Shown here piece by piece: positions 50,778-61,144 of a stretch of DNA of 64,000 bases (position 1 is its first letter; every line of letters begins with the position of its first letter). The notes under the pieces were generated by a model that made no database searches, was not told the DNA's origin, and was given only the letters and a program-made list of their open reading frames with translations. The position numbers and the translations under genes were made by a program. Source of the stretch: a virus; IMG/VR virus record IMGVR_UViG_3300011008_000022, one strand, 5' to 3'.

Positions 50778-51929
50778 ATGAAATTCAACGTATCATCCCG
50801 CGAACTGCTCCGTGTTCTGAAGGCCACCGGCGCAGTCATCCAACGCAAATGCAGCCTTCCCATCCTGACCAGCCACCTCTTTACGCAGGTAGGCGATAAG
50901 TTCTTCATCACTGGCTCGTCACTGGAGAACGCCCTCACCATGCCGGTGGGCATCCTCATGGATGCTGGCGACACATTCCAGCCGTTCTGCCTGCCTGCTG
51001 CCGACATCATCCCGCTACTTGGCTCTCTGCCTGAACAGCCAGTGACGTTCGATATCGACATGACCGCACATATCGCTCGTGTCATCTATCAGAGCGGACA
51101 GGTGTCTGTACCTATCGAAGACTCTGCCGAATATCCCAAGGTGGCTGATGTGGCCACACCTAAAACGGCTTTCACCGTTCCTGCCAATATATTCTTCCCT
51201 GCTGTCAAGGCTGCCAACGGCTGTACGGCTGTCGATGACACCCTGCGTCCGCAGATGTCTGCAGTAGCCCTCGACGTGAAAGATGAACAGGTTATCTTTG
51301 TGGGTACCGACGGCCATAGCCTCTATAAGTATGAGTATTTCCATGGTGCGCCGTTCCTGTCAGGCGAAAAGACGGTCATCCTCATTCCTAACACCATCGT
51401 AGGATCACTCCAGACACCATTCCTCGGTGTAGAAGCTATTGAAGTGCTGTACGACGGTAAGCATGTATGCCTCCGTGCTGGTGATATCTCTTTCACCATT
51501 CGTGACATCGAAAAGAAATATCCCAACTACAACAGCGTCATTCCAAAGAGTAACCCTTATCATGTGATACTGCCGGTGGCATCACTCCTCGGTGCCCTCA
51601 AACGTGTGCAGCTGATGGCCTCCGATGCCTCTAATATGGTCAAGCTCTCTAAGGATGGTATGTTTGTCAACCTCTCCGCTGCCGACATCGATTTCTCGAA
51701 GTCTGCCTCTGAGAACCTGACACTCGCCGAGGTGGATAAGCCGCTGACGCTGCCAGACGCTTTCGCCATCGGCTTCAAGGCGGTTACGCTCCTGAAACTG
51801 CTGGATAACATCAGTACCGACAATGTGCGTATCGAACTCTCTGACCCTGCTCATGCTATGCTGATTAAAGAGGATGCGGAAAACTCCGTCCTCACCGAAT
51901 TGTGTATGCCAATGAAACTCGAAGAATAA
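50778..51929 (+). CDS. dnaN: DNA polymerase III beta sliding clamp
   Basis: 383 aa; [46 protein letters not shown] match conserved DnaN blocks. Confidence 0.9.
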   Translation: MKFNVSSRELLRVLKATGAVIQRKCSLPILTSHLFTQVGDKFFITGSSLENALTMPVGILMDAGDTFQPFCLPAADIIPLLGSLPEQPVTFDIDMTAHIARVIYQSGQVSVPIEDSAEYPKVADVATPKTAFTVPANIFFPAVKAANGCTAVDDTLRPQMSAVALDVKDEQVIFVGTDGHSLYKYEYFHGAPFLSGEKTVILIPNTIVGSLQTPFLGVEAIEVLYDGKHVCLRAGDISFTIRDIEKKYPNYNSVIPKSNPYHVILPVASLLGALKRVQLMASDASNMVKLSKDGMFVNLSAADIDFSKSASENLTLAEVDKPLTLPDAFAIGFKAVTLLKLLDNISTDNVRIELSDPAHAMLIKEDAENSVLTELCMPMKLEE

Positions 51930-52363
51930 TGAAAATAGATATCATCAACAACTCCCACCACCCACTCCCTGAATATGCCACAGCTCAGTCTGCAGGCATG
52001 GATCTTCGTGCTAACCTCACAGAGCCTATCGTTCTGCAACCCATGGAGCGTGTATTAGTCCCCACCGGCCTGCATATCGCACTCCCCGCAGGCTACGAGG
52101 CTCAGGTGCGCCCACGCTCAGGACTCGCCCTGAAACATGGTATCACCGTGCTCAATGCACCAGGCACCATCGATGCCGACTACCGTGGCGAAATTGGTGT
52201 GTTGCTCATCAATCTTAGCAACATCCCCTTCGAGATCACCGATGGCGAACGCATCGCCCAACTGGTGATTGCTTCTTACGAACAGGCAGAGTGGAACCCA
52301 GTGACAGTCCTCGACGATACCGAACGTGGCGATGGCGGTTACGGACATACCGGCACAAAGTAA
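51929..52363 (+). CDS. dut: dUTP diphosphatase
   Basis: [40 protein letters not shown] (dUTPase motifs 1-5); TAATG overlap with dnaN. Confidence 0.9.
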   Translation: MKIDIINNSHHPLPEYATAQSAGMDLRANLTEPIVLQPMERVLVPTGLHIALPAGYEAQVRPRSGLALKHGITVLNAPGTIDADYRGEIGVLLINLSNIPFEITDGERIAQLVIASYEQAEWNPVTVLDDTERGDGGYGHTGTK

Positions 52364-52779
52364 TGGATAATATGTATAACTGTGATTTTATCGCAAAGTC
52401 ACTTGTTGCTGATGAGGGCTGTGCCACCAACTGTCCTGGTGTTACTCACCGTATAGAGGTGGCCTGCTTCTTCCGGCATGGCCGCACATCCTATTTCATT
52501 GCGAAAGATGGCCGTGTCCTATCAGCTCCTACAGCCACCGTGCTCGATGGTTCTCCATCGAGTCCTGGCGCTCTCTGTAAGGAGATAGCATCTTTCAACG
52601 GCAAGGGCTATCGCCGTGTCCGTCTCGCTGGTAAGAACTTTAAGGTGCATCGCCTCGTGGCAGAAGCCTTTGTCCCTAACCCAGACAACCTTCCCCACGT
52701 CATCCATATCGATGGCAACCGCACCAATAATCATTTCTCTAACCTCAAATGGTCCGCCACCCAGTCTAACCGCGAATGA
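52363..52779 (+). CDS. HNH homing-type endonuclease (HNH_3/NUMOD4-like)
   Basis: VHRLVAEAFVPNPDNLPHVIHIDGNRTNNHFSNLKW; TAATG overlap with dut; in-frame hairpin 52535-52564. Confidence 0.75.
   Translation: MDNMYNCDFIAKSLVADEGCATNCPGVTHRIEVACFFRHGRTSYFIAKDGRVLSAPTATVLDGSPSSPGALCKEIASFNGKGYRRVRLAGKNFKVHRLVAEAFVPNPDNLPHVIHIDGNRTNNHFSNLKWSATQSNRE
52535..52564 (+). repeat. family-A hairpin, in frame in the HNH gene
   Basis: ccaccgtgCTCGATGGttctCCATCGAGtc (both arms changed relative to CCCGATGG/CCATCGGG). Confidence 0.85.
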
Positions 52780-52967
52780 AGCATCAGAAGAAAAAGAACC
52801 ACGACCCACGACGGCTGGAGCGCATCGATCCCTACGATATCAAGCGCCCACTCCCGTCACCATCCAGAACTTCCACAAAGTCCTACATCCGTGGTGACAT
52901 CCGTCCCCGCCGTCGCCCTATCATTACAGCGCTGATAATCGTAATTCTTGTTTTAATTCCTATATGA
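52776..52967 (+). CDS. small basic protein with C-terminal TM helix (63 aa)
   Basis: ATGA overlaps at both ends. Confidence 0.45.
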   Translation: MKHQKKKNHDPRRLERIDPYDIKRPLPSPSRTSTKSYIRGDIRPRRRPIITALIIVILVLIPI

Positions 52968-54580
52968 AAGAGAATATTAAACTACTATATATAGATTTAT
53001 TTTGTGGTGCTGGAGGCACCTCTACTGGAGTGGAATATGCACGAGTGCATGGAGAAAAATGTGCTCGTGTTATTGCCTGTGTAAACCACGATGCTAACGC
53101 TATTCTATCACATCAGGCAAATCATCCTGATACGCTCCACTTTACTGAGGATATTCGTACTTTGGAACTGTCGCCATTGGTAGCACACCTGGAAAAGATG
53201 AAATTGCAATATCCTGATGCTCATGTGGTATTGTGGGCCAGTTTGGAATGCACGAATTTTAGCAGGGCAAAAGGTGGCCAGCCTCGTGACGCTGATTCAC
53301 GAACATTAGCTGAACATTTGTTCCGATATATTGAAGCCTTACGTCCTCATTATATTCAAATTGAGAATGTAGAAGAATTTATGTGCTGGGGCGAACTCGA
53401 TGAGCATGGAAAGCCTGTCAGCAAACATAAAGGCACATCATATCTCCGATGGGTACGTAATGTATGTCACTATGGTTATGATTTTGATTGGCGCATCCTG
53501 AATGCTGCAGATTTTGGCGCATATACTTCAAGAAAGCGTTTCTTTGGTCAGTTTGCTCTTCATGGCCTGCCTATTGTTTTCCCAATTTCAACTCACACAA
53601 AAGTGGTAGATGATAGTGGCATGTTCCATGACTATGAACAATGGAAACCTGTTAAGGAAGTTTTAGATTTGAATGACGAGGGGACCAGTATCTTTGGAAA
53701 GAAAAAGCCTTTATGTGAGCGTACTCTTGAACGTATCTATGCTGGTTTGGTCAAATTCGTTGCTGGTGGTAAAAAACAGCACGAGGCATGGATATTGAAG
53801 TACAACTCCATGAACAAAAACCACTATCATGTAGCGCCATCTATTGATGAGCCGTGTCCTACCGTGACAGTCCAAAACCGTCTTGGACTGGTTAAGTGTA
53901 ATTTTTTGTCAAAACAGTTTGGTGGCAGTCCTGAAGGTAAGAATATTCCTATTGATGGTCCTGCCGGTGCTATTACTACCAGGGATCATCATGCTTTCAT
54001 TACTGCCTATTACGGTAATGGTTTTAATCATTCAATAGAAGAACCTGCTCCGACTATTACAACCTCAGATAGGTTTGGTATTGTTAAAAGTGTCTTTATG
54101 GCGAACGAATATAGTGGTGGCGGCCAGATTTCTGATTTGGAAGCCCCCTGTCCTGCTGTGCTTACTACACCTAAACAGAAAATCGTTTCAGCGCAATATT
54201 TGATGAACCCCCAATACCAGAGTGAGGGAGGAAGTATAGATAGCCCCTGTTTTACTCTGATTGCCAGAATGGATAAGATGCCCCCTTATCTTATTAGTAC
54301 CGAGAAAGGACTGGGGATTGCTATTTATGAAGATGACAGCCCTATGACTAAAAAGGTTAAAGAGTTTATGGCTATGTATGGCATCGTTGATATAAAGATG
54401 CGTATGCTTAAAATTACTGAATTGAAAAAGATTATGGGTTTCCCAGAAGATTACGTGCTTATAGGAACTCAGGCAGAGCAAAAGAAATTTATCGGTAATG
54501 CTGTAGAGGTGAATATGAGCCGAGTGCTTTGTGAGGCATTATGTGCTCGTCTGGCAAAAGAAAATCGTATAGCAGTATAA
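52964..54580 (+). CDS. DNA (cytosine-5) methyltransferase
   Basis: DLFCGAGGTS (motif I), ECTNFS (motif IV variant), IENVEEF (VI), TSRKRFF (VIII), GNAVEV (X); visibly AT-richer than its neighbours. Confidence 0.85.
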   Translation: MKENIKLLYIDLFCGAGGTSTGVEYARVHGEKCARVIACVNHDANAILSHQANHPDTLHFTEDIRTLELSPLVAHLEKMKLQYPDAHVVLWASLECTNFSRAKGGQPRDADSRTLAEHLFRYIEALRPHYIQIENVEEFMCWGELDEHGKPVSKHKGTSYLRWVRNVCHYGYDFDWRILNAADFGAYTSRKRFFGQFALHGLPIVFPISTHTKVVDDSGMFHDYEQWKPVKEVLDLNDEGTSIFGKKKPLCERTLERIYAGLVKFVAGGKKQHEAWILKYNSMNKNHYHVAPSIDEPCPTVTVQNRLGLVKCNFLSKQFGGSPEGKNIPIDGPAGAITTRDHHAFITAYYGNGFNHSIEEPAPTITTSDRFGIVKSVFMANEYSGGGQISDLEAPCPAVLTTPKQKIVSAQYLMNPQYQSEGGSIDSPCFTLIARMDKMPPYLISTEKGLGIAIYEDDSPMTKKVKEFMAMYGIVDIKMRMLKITELKKIMGFPEDYVLIGTQAEQKKFIGNAVEVNMSRVLCEALCARLAKENRIAV

Positions 54581-54594
54581 TATCATTCTTCCCC

Positions 54595-54622
54595 GTTCCG
54601 TCTGTCGCTATGCCATAGCGAC
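54595..54622 (+). repeat. family-B hairpin after the C5-methyltransferase gene
   Basis: gttccgtctGTCGCTATGcCATAGCGAC. Confidence 0.9.
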
Positions 54623-54627
54623 ATTCT

Positions 54628-54695
54628 CCACTACTCCCAGCCGTTCTCGGCTGGGTTTTTCTTTTCCTCCCAGCGCTTCTCCGCTGGGTCTTTTT
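54628..54695 (+). terminator. two family-A hairpins, each with a T-run, after the C5-methyltransferase gene
   Basis: ccactactCCCAGCCGttctCGGCTGGGttttt and CCCAGCGcttctcCGCTGGGtcttttt. Confidence 0.8.
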
Positions 54696-54721
54696 GTCCC
54701 GTCCTCGCTGCCGCTTCTTCG

Positions 54722-54729
54722 TATCTTTG
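54722..54729 (+). promoter_or_regulatory. -7 promoter box for the tail operon
   Basis: cgtatctttgtgc upstream of ATG 54745. Confidence 0.6.
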
Positions 54730-54744
54730 TGCAAAATAAGAACA

Positions 54745-55269
54745 ATGGCAGCACAACTCGAAAAACCAATGCGTCGCCCGAATGTGGTCCTGCGCCGCTT
54801 CGCGATGGATGCCGTGCAAGCACTTCAGGCGAACATGCAGACACAGCATGTGTTCCCGACGGAGATCTACCCAGGCTTCCGTCAGGTCAACGAGTATCGT
54901 CACAGACATGGCTCCTGGTATGCCACTGGTAAAGGTGCCCGCTCTTTTACTTCCCGCATCGATGCCACTCCTGGGCATGAAGCTATCAGCCTCGGTTTCC
55001 GCGACTACCTGCGTTTCGTCGATATGGGTACTGTCGGTGGCCGACCGCTCGACGTGGTGCGCCGTGACCGTAAGGCCCGCCATAACCGCCGCTATGTCCG
55101 CCAGTGGATTGCCGTCATGGGCGAAAGCGCCCGACCATCGATAATGATGGAGGCTCGACATGTAGCCTCTCGTATGCAGCGCTATTACGAAGACTTCTAC
55201 GGACGCGAACTGTCAGTAGAGGTGTTCCGTGATATCGAAGACCTGCCACCACTCGTGTTCCAATTCTAA
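54745..55269 (+). CDS. hypothetical protein upstream of the tape measure (174 aa)
   Basis: ATG 54745 downstream of the -7 box 54722-54729; position typical of a tail assembly chaperone, but no slippery site seen. Confidence 0.6.
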   Translation: MAAQLEKPMRRPNVVLRRFAMDAVQALQANMQTQHVFPTEIYPGFRQVNEYRHRHGSWYATGKGARSFTSRIDATPGHEAISLGFRDYLRFVDMGTVGGRPLDVVRRDRKARHNRRYVRQWIAVMGESARPSIMMEARHVASRMQRYYEDFYGRELSVEVFRDIEDLPPLVFQF

Positions 55270-55281
55270 TATCTACCAATT

Positions 55282-58200
55282 ATGGCCGATAAACAGATAT
55301 ACATCAAAATCAGTGCGGATTCAGCACAACCAGTAGCAGCCGTAAAAGCCATGCGCAACGAACTGTCGCGCTTGCAGAAGGCGTATGATGCCATCAACAC
55401 GTCCACAGCTACTGGCGCTCAACGTGCCCAGAAACTGCAAAAGGAAATGGCCGACCTCCGTGCGCTCATCAAACAGCAGGAGGCTGACATGAATAAAGTG
55501 TCGAAGGTGATTACCAATCTGTCGAATGCGTCTTTGTCTCAGCTCAACCAGGCGCTTCGTCAGGTGAAAAAGGAAATCTCGCGCACCAGTGAGTCCAGCC
55601 CGAAACTGGAAGAGTTACGCCAGAAATACAAGGCTATTACCGACCAGATTAAGGTGATGAATGGCGAAATGATTAACATCAAAAAGCACATGGGCGAACT
55701 CTCCACGCAGACGGATTCCTGGCTGCAACGTGCCATCAATCAGCAGAAACAGCTGGTGGAGTCCACGCAGAAGACGAGTAGCGCTTATCAGGGACAGGTC
55801 AACATCCTACACCAACTCCAAAACGAACAGGCGCGTCGTGCTGTCTCTACCATCAGCGATGGGGGGGCTTCTGCCGATGCACTCCGCACCGCTCGTGCTA
55901 ACCTGGTGTCTTATCGCGACCAACTGGGTAAGGGTGGCATCCTGCCGGCATCGGGCAATGTGGCTACTGAGATCGAGCGCATCAATGCCGAACTGAAAAA
56001 GTGTGATGACCAACTGGACGCTATCGCTGGCAAGGAGAAACAGATTGAATTGACCACCGACCAACTCCAGCAAAAGGCTGATAATATCATCCTCGACCCC
56101 AAGAAATTCTCGCCAAAGGAGATAAAGGCTGCCATCGATGAGATTCAGAAGAAGTTGAACAACCTCGGCACGAATGATACTGCTCGTAAGAAACTCAACG
56201 AACAGATGAAGCAGCTGAAAAACATTCTCGATGGTGTCGATCACGAACTGGTGAATATCGGGGACCTCTTGAAGCCTGGCAACCTCCGCAAAGCACCACT
56301 CGAAACGCTCCAAAAGGCTGCAAAGCAGTTGGAGAATGAAATGGCAAAGCTCAACCGCGACCAACAGCAGTATATCGATAAGCAAAAACAACTCGCCGCT
56401 ATCCGTGGCGAGATAGAACGTACCACCGGCGCTATTAACCGTCAGGGGTCTGCATGGAAAACGACGTTTCGCAATATCTCTATGTACTTCGGTGTCTTCC
56501 AACTGTTTTCTATCGCTCAACAGAAACTGCAGGGGATGTTGCAAAGCAACCTGGCTTATTCTGACCAACTCGCCGACATCCGCAAGGTGACGGGTCTCGC
56601 CACCAAGGAGGTCAACGAACTATCTGACAGCCTGGCAACGCTCAACACGCGCTCTACGGTACAGGATTTGGCCGACCTCGCTTATCAAGGCGGTAAGATG
56701 GGATTCGGAAAGTACGGTGTAGAAGGCATGAGCGCATTCGTCCGCGCTGCCGACCAGGTAAAGGTGGCGCTGTCTGATGACCTCGGCGATGACAGCCTCT
56801 TGCAGATCTCCAAGCTCGTCGATACCATGGGACTGATACCTAAACTGGGTGTCGAACGTTCCATGCTTGCTGTCGGCTCATCCATCAACCAGCTTTCGGC
56901 CACTTCTACGGCATCAGGAACGCATATCGTGGACTTCGCGAAGCGCCTCACAGGTCTCTCGCGTATCACGGGTATCACAACGCCGGAACTACTGGCACTC
57001 GGCTCGGCTGCCGATGCACTTGGGCAGGCTCCTGAAGTCGCGGCCACGGCTTTCGGTAAACTCTTCACGTCGCTGCAAACCAACCACAACCTGATTGAAC
57101 AGCAGCTGAACATGGAAAAGGGCACCATCAACAACCTCTTCTCACAGGGTAAGGCGATGGAGGCTATTCTTCAAATCATGGAGAAGATGCGCGAAAAGGG
57201 TAATATGAATGCCCTCGGCAACATCTGGAAAGACCTCGGTTCTGAGGGACAGCGCCTGATAGGTGTCATGGCTACCATGTCTAAGAATGTCGATACCGTT
57301 CGTGCTCATGTCGAAGAGTCTAACGTCGCCTTTGAGGAAGCTACGTCTCTTACCAATGAGTACGCTCTGAAACAGGACACAGCCAATGCCATTCTCGAAA
57401 AGGGTAACAACCTCTGGGCAAAGGCTTTCACCAACCCTGAAGGGGTGGATATGGTCAAGCAGATGGCTCAGGCATGGTACGACCTCTCGAAGTCGATGAC
57501 TTCCAACGAGGCTTCCATGTGGATAATGAAAAATCTCCTCGGACTGATTGCTGCTGAATTGAAGATACTCCTCGCACTCCTGCCGGCAATCCTCACAGGT
57601 TTGCTCTTCAAGGGTGCCTCTGTCGCTATCATCGGCCTCGCATCGTCTATCGGACTCATGGGTAAGAATGCGGTACTCGCCACCCTGCAGACAAAGGGAT
57701 TGGTGGCTGCATGGCACGCCCTGAATACGGCTCAGAAGATGAACGTCATCGGCCTCTGTATCTCTCTTCTCACGGGTCTCGCTATCGCCATCGCTTCTGT
57801 CATCAAGAAAGGCAACGAGGCTACTACATGGATGCAGGGCTTCAATAGCACCATGTCCGACTTCAACCGTGAGTTTGCTATTGCTGACGACCGCCTGAAG
57901 CGCTTTAAGAAGGCTATCGATGATGCTGCTACTGGCTCACGTCAACGTGCAGCTGCCATCCGTAATTTCAACAAGGAATATGGGCAGTATCTCTCGAAGA
58001 TGCTCACCGAGAAATCTACGGCTGATGATATCGCCAAAGCCTATAAGGAGGTGGTGAAGCAACTCCGTGCGAAGATTGCCCTTCAGATGAAGGAAAAGGA
58101 TATCACCTCACAGGTGGCTCCTCGTGTCGGATGGTCTGCCGACCGCCTCACAGAATACGACAACGTGGCAGGTGGCTCTGCCTACAATGGCACATGGCTG

Positions 58201-61071
58201 AAAGCCTATGTCGATGACATGAGGGCTGCCGGAAAGTCTGTCGAAGATATCAATAAAGACCTGGCAAAGAAACTGGGTGTCGAAGGCAAGGTGGCTCGTG
58301 ATGCTTATAACCGCCGTTCTGATAAGACTTTGCGTACTACTTTCTTCGATCAAGAGAGTTATCGGGCACAGGCGCAATATGATATGGATGGTGGTTTTGC
58401 TGCCGCCAGAAATACGACCCGCGCCCTCACCCAAGCCGAACAGATGTTGTATGCCGCTACTCGTTATGCTACGCAGGCGTACTCCGCATCCAACGCCATG
58501 AACCGCGTCAATAAGAAGTGGAAGCCGTTTGAGGAGGACCTATCGACGGTCACTGATGAGACTCCTGGCACCCTCGACAACGATGCACCCGATAAGGAAG
58601 CCGAGAAGCGCCGCAAGGCTGAGGAAGCGGCTCGACGCAAGGCGCTCCGTGCGGAAATGAAGGAGGAACAGGCTAAGGCTCAGGCTATCGTCGATAATGT
58701 CAAGAACTACTACGAGCGTCAGATTGCTGCCATTACGGAAATGGCTACAAAGACGGGCATGGATTCTGAACTCCAGAAGAAACTCGTCGATGGTATGACC
58801 GTCCGCATGAATAATGCACTGGCTAATGTCCGTCAGGCTATCGCTGGCACTGAGAACGATTGGGCTGACTTCCGCCAGTCGATGATAAATGACCTCTACG
58901 AACCGCTGTCTGAGGATGGTACTAACCAGTCCACACAGTTGCTCGATAACATCATCCATAATGATATCGACAAACTGAAGGAAATGATTACGGTTCTCTC
59001 GAAAGAACTGGGACAGAATGGCTCTGTGCTTCTCGATCAGATATGGCGTAAGGCTACTGAGAATGAACTGAAAAACGCTAACCAACAGAACAAGGCATAC
59101 CAGGAGCGTCAGAGGGTGCTTCTGGAAAAGAACTATACGGGCAAGGTAAACCTCGACTACGAGAACCAGATGGAACAGTTTGGTGTCGCCGAACTGACCT
59201 CTGAACAGATTGCTCAGATGATGGGGTGGTCGCAGAAGGGTAACAACGAGGCTATCCAACAGTTTCTCGATGACCGTACCGAACAGTGGCAAAAGGCGTT
59301 TGCATCGGCCCGTAAGAATGTCGTTGACCTGCTCTCTGTCGATGCCAACAGTGAGGATGCACCTGATAAGGTGCTCACTATCCTCTTCGGTAAGGATTAC
59401 AAGTCTTATCTCGCCGGCACGGGCCTCTCGTCACTGCTCGATATGTCTGCCGACCAGTTCAAGGTGTTCTACCAGAAACTCATCGAATACTCTGATGCCT
59501 ATACTGATGCTCAGAAGAAAGCCTACGACGAGGCAAAACGTCGGGCGGATTTCATCTTTAATAACAATCCTACCATTCAGAGTATCGACCAGTCAACACA
59601 ACAGCTGTCAACCATCAACAGCGACCAGCAACGCTTCGAGTCTGATAAGAACATCGGACAGCAGATGGGTATGTCCTGGAACATCGATTCTGACCCCGAA
59701 ATTCTGCGCTATCGCCTGCTGGCTGAACGTGCCCGTCTCTACTATGAGGATATGGCGCGTCTGCGTGAACAGGATAAGATCTCTGAACAGCAGCTGACGG
59801 ATGCAAAGCGTCAGATGATGGAGGCTCAGTCTAACATGGCCGACCAGGTGGCTCGTAAGTTCCATGAGCGGGTGTCTCTGCTCCAGAACTTCTCCGAACC
59901 GCTGAACACCTTTGCCGAAGGGGTAGGGGAGTCGCTGGGTAACATGATCTACGACACCGAACAGTCGGATGTCAAGATGAAAGACTTGCTGAAAGACATG
60001 CTGAAGTCGTATGTGAAGATGTCGCTGCAACTTATTGCCCAGGACCTCACACGCCGTGTCACTAAGCAACTCTACTACCGTCAGGAGGAAATGGATGAGA
60101 CAATGCACCAGCAGACCATGCTGCAAATACAGCAGCTCTACCAGTCGCTGATGTTGACAGCTCAGACTACTGGCGATGCAGCGCGTCTTACACAACACGC
60201 CACATCGAATGCTACCGAACTGTCAGCAGAGGCGGGTGCTACCACTGGTAAGGTGGGCCTCGGTATTGCCGGTGGTGCAGCTAAGATCATCGGCACCCTG
60301 GGCTTCTGGGGTATTCCGCTGATTGGTGTGATTACGGCACTCTTGATGGGACTGCTCTCTTGGGCTATCGGATTGGCTTTCGGTGGCGATGACAGCGGTG
60401 CCAGTGCATCGGATGCTACGCCTAACGTCAAACTCGCCACAGGTATGTTGACGTATGACAGCGGTAACGTGCAGAGTGTGGGCAACGGTTCTCCCGTTGC
60501 TTCTCCCTCCGGCTATGCGCCCTCCGCCTCTCCTGGTGGTAGTGGTGCGCCCGCTGGTGCTGCCGGCGGGGATAGAACGCCTGTCCTCGGTTCTGATGGC
60601 TATGTCTATCAGGCTCGCCAGGTGCCACAACTGCAGACGGGTCTCGTCACGTCGCCTATCGCCACCATGGTCAACGGACAACCGTCACTGGTTGGCGAAC
60701 GTGGCCCTGAAATGGTGATTGGACGCGAGACAACAGCAGCAATGCAGATGGCACGTCCCGACCTCCTCGCGGCTATCGTGAAGTTTGATAAGAACTACTC
60801 CAATGGCCATGCCTATCGCACCTATGACGAAGGCAACCTCTCCGACTTCGCCACCGTGCCCGATGGATCTCCATCGGGTGAAGGCACTCTCACCAAAGAG
60901 GATATCGACGGACTCCGTTCTACGCTCTCCGAGTTTACAGCGGTCATGCTGGCTATCAAGCGCAACGGCCTCCATGTCAACAAGTACGGACGTGGTGGCA
61001 TCGCTCAGGAGTCGCAGGATGGCGCTAATTTCATGCGTCGTAACTCCGGCGACCGTCTCTGGAAAGGTTAG
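55282..61071 (+). CDS. tail tape measure protein
   Basis: 1929 aa; long coiled-coil regions; TP901-type core (ADLAYQGGKMGFG...SINQLSATSTASGTHIVDFAKRL...LGSAADALGQ); central hydrophobic segments; in-frame hairpin 60851-60880. Confidence 0.85.
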   Translation: MADKQIYIKISADSAQPVAAVKAMRNELSRLQKAYDAINTSTATGAQRAQKLQKEMADLRALIKQQEADMNKVSKVITNLSNASLSQLNQALRQVKKEISRTSESSPKLEELRQKYKAITDQIKVMNGEMINIKKHMGELSTQTDSWLQRAINQQKQLVESTQKTSSAYQGQVNILHQLQNEQARRAVSTISDGGASADALRTARANLVSYRDQLGKGGILPASGNVATEIERINAELKKCDDQLDAIAGKEKQIELTTDQLQQKADNIILDPKKFSPKEIKAAIDEIQKKLNNLGTNDTARKKLNEQMKQLKNILDGVDHELVNIGDLLKPGNLRKAPLETLQKAAKQLENEMAKLNRDQQQYIDKQKQLAAIRGEIERTTGAINRQGSAWKTTFRNISMYFGVFQLFSIAQQKLQGMLQSNLAYSDQLADIRKVTGLATKEVNELSDSLATLNTRSTVQDLADLAYQGGKMGFGKYGVEGMSAFVRAADQVKVALSDDLGDDSLLQISKLVDTMGLIPKLGVERSMLAVGSSINQLSATSTASGTHIVDFAKRLTGLSRITGITTPELLALGSAADALGQAPEVAATAFGKLFTSLQTNHNLIEQQLNMEKGTINNLFSQGKAMEAILQIMEKMREKGNMNALGNIWKDLGSEGQRLIGVMATMSKNVDTVRAHVEESNVAFEEATSLTNEYALKQDTANAILEKGNNLWAKAFTNPEGVDMVKQMAQAWYDLSKSMTSNEASMWIMKNLLGLIAAELKILLALLPAILTGLLFKGASVAIIGLASSIGLMGKNAVLATLQTKGLVAAWHALNTAQKMNVIGLCISLLTGLAIAIASVIKKGNEATTWMQGFNSTMSDFNREFAIADDRLKRFKKAIDDAATGSRQRAAAIRNFNKEYGQYLSKMLTEKSTADDIAKAYKEVVKQLRAKIALQMKEKDITSQVAPRVGWSADRLTEYDNVAGGSAYNGTWLKAYVDDMRAAGKSVEDINKDLAKKLGVEGKVARDAYNRRSDKTLRTTFFDQESYRAQAQYDMDGGFAAARNTTRALTQAEQMLYAATRYATQAYSASNAMNRVNKKWKPFEEDLSTVTDETPGTLDNDAPDKEAEKRRKAEEAARRKALRAEMKEEQAKAQAIVDNVKNYYERQIAAITEMATKTGMDSELQKKLVDGMTVRMNNALANVRQAIAGTENDWADFRQSMINDLYEPLSEDGTNQSTQLLDNIIHNDIDKLKEMITVLSKELGQNGSVLLDQIWRKATENELKNANQQNKAYQERQRVLLEKNYTGKVNLDYENQMEQFGVAELTSEQIAQMMGWSQKGNNEAIQQFLDDRTEQWQKAFASARKNVVDLLSVDANSEDAPDKVLTILFGKDYKSYLAGTGLSSLLDMSADQFKVFYQKLIEYSDAYTDAQKKAYDEAKRRADFIFNNNPTIQSIDQSTQQLSTINSDQQRFESDKNIGQQMGMSWNIDSDPEILRYRLLAERARLYYEDMARLREQDKISEQQLTDAKRQMMEAQSNMADQVARKFHERVSLLQNFSEPLNTFAEGVGESLGNMIYDTEQSDVKMKDLLKDMLKSYVKMSLQLIAQDLTRRVTKQLYYRQEEMDETMHQQTMLQIQQLYQSLMLTAQTTGDAARLTQHATSNATELSAEAGATTGKVGLGIAGGAAKIIGTLGFWGIPLIGVITALLMGLLSWAIGLAFGGDDSGASASDATPNVKLATGMLTYDSGNVQSVGNGSPVASPSGYAPSASPGGSGAPAGAAGGDRTPVLGSDGYVYQARQVPQLQTGLVTSPIATMVNGQPSLVGERGPEMVIGRETTAAMQMARPDLLAAIVKFDKNYSNGHAYRTYDEGNLSDFATVPDGSPSGEGTLTKEDIDGLRSTLSEFTAVMLAIKRNGLHVNKYGRGGIAQESQDGANFMRRNSGDRLWKG
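60851..60880 (+). repeat. family-A hairpin, in frame in the tape-measure gene
   Basis: ccaccgtgCCCGATGGatctCCATCGGGtg (peptide ATVPDGSPSG). Confidence 0.9.
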
Positions 61072-61101
61072 TCACCGTGCCCAGCAGTTTTCGGCTGGGT
61101 T
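61072..61101 (+). repeat. family-A hairpin, abuts the tape-measure stop codon
   Basis: tcaccgtgCCCAGCAGttttCGGCTGGGtt. Confidence 0.85.
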
Positions 61102-61102
61102 C

Positions 61103-61141
61103 TCATAAATTCATAAATTCATTAAATTATCAATTCATCAA
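61103..61141 (+). repeat. TTCATMA array before the ACP gene
   Basis: ctcataaattcataaattcattaaattatcaattcatca. Confidence 0.8.
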
Positions 61142-61144
61142 ATT

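Noticed and set aside
55861-55867. G7 tract inside the tape-measure gene as a fifth phase-variable site
   Set aside because: It is in frame as sequenced (encodes DGGAS), is on the other strand, and lacks the TAWT 3' context of the four tracts in the modification genes.
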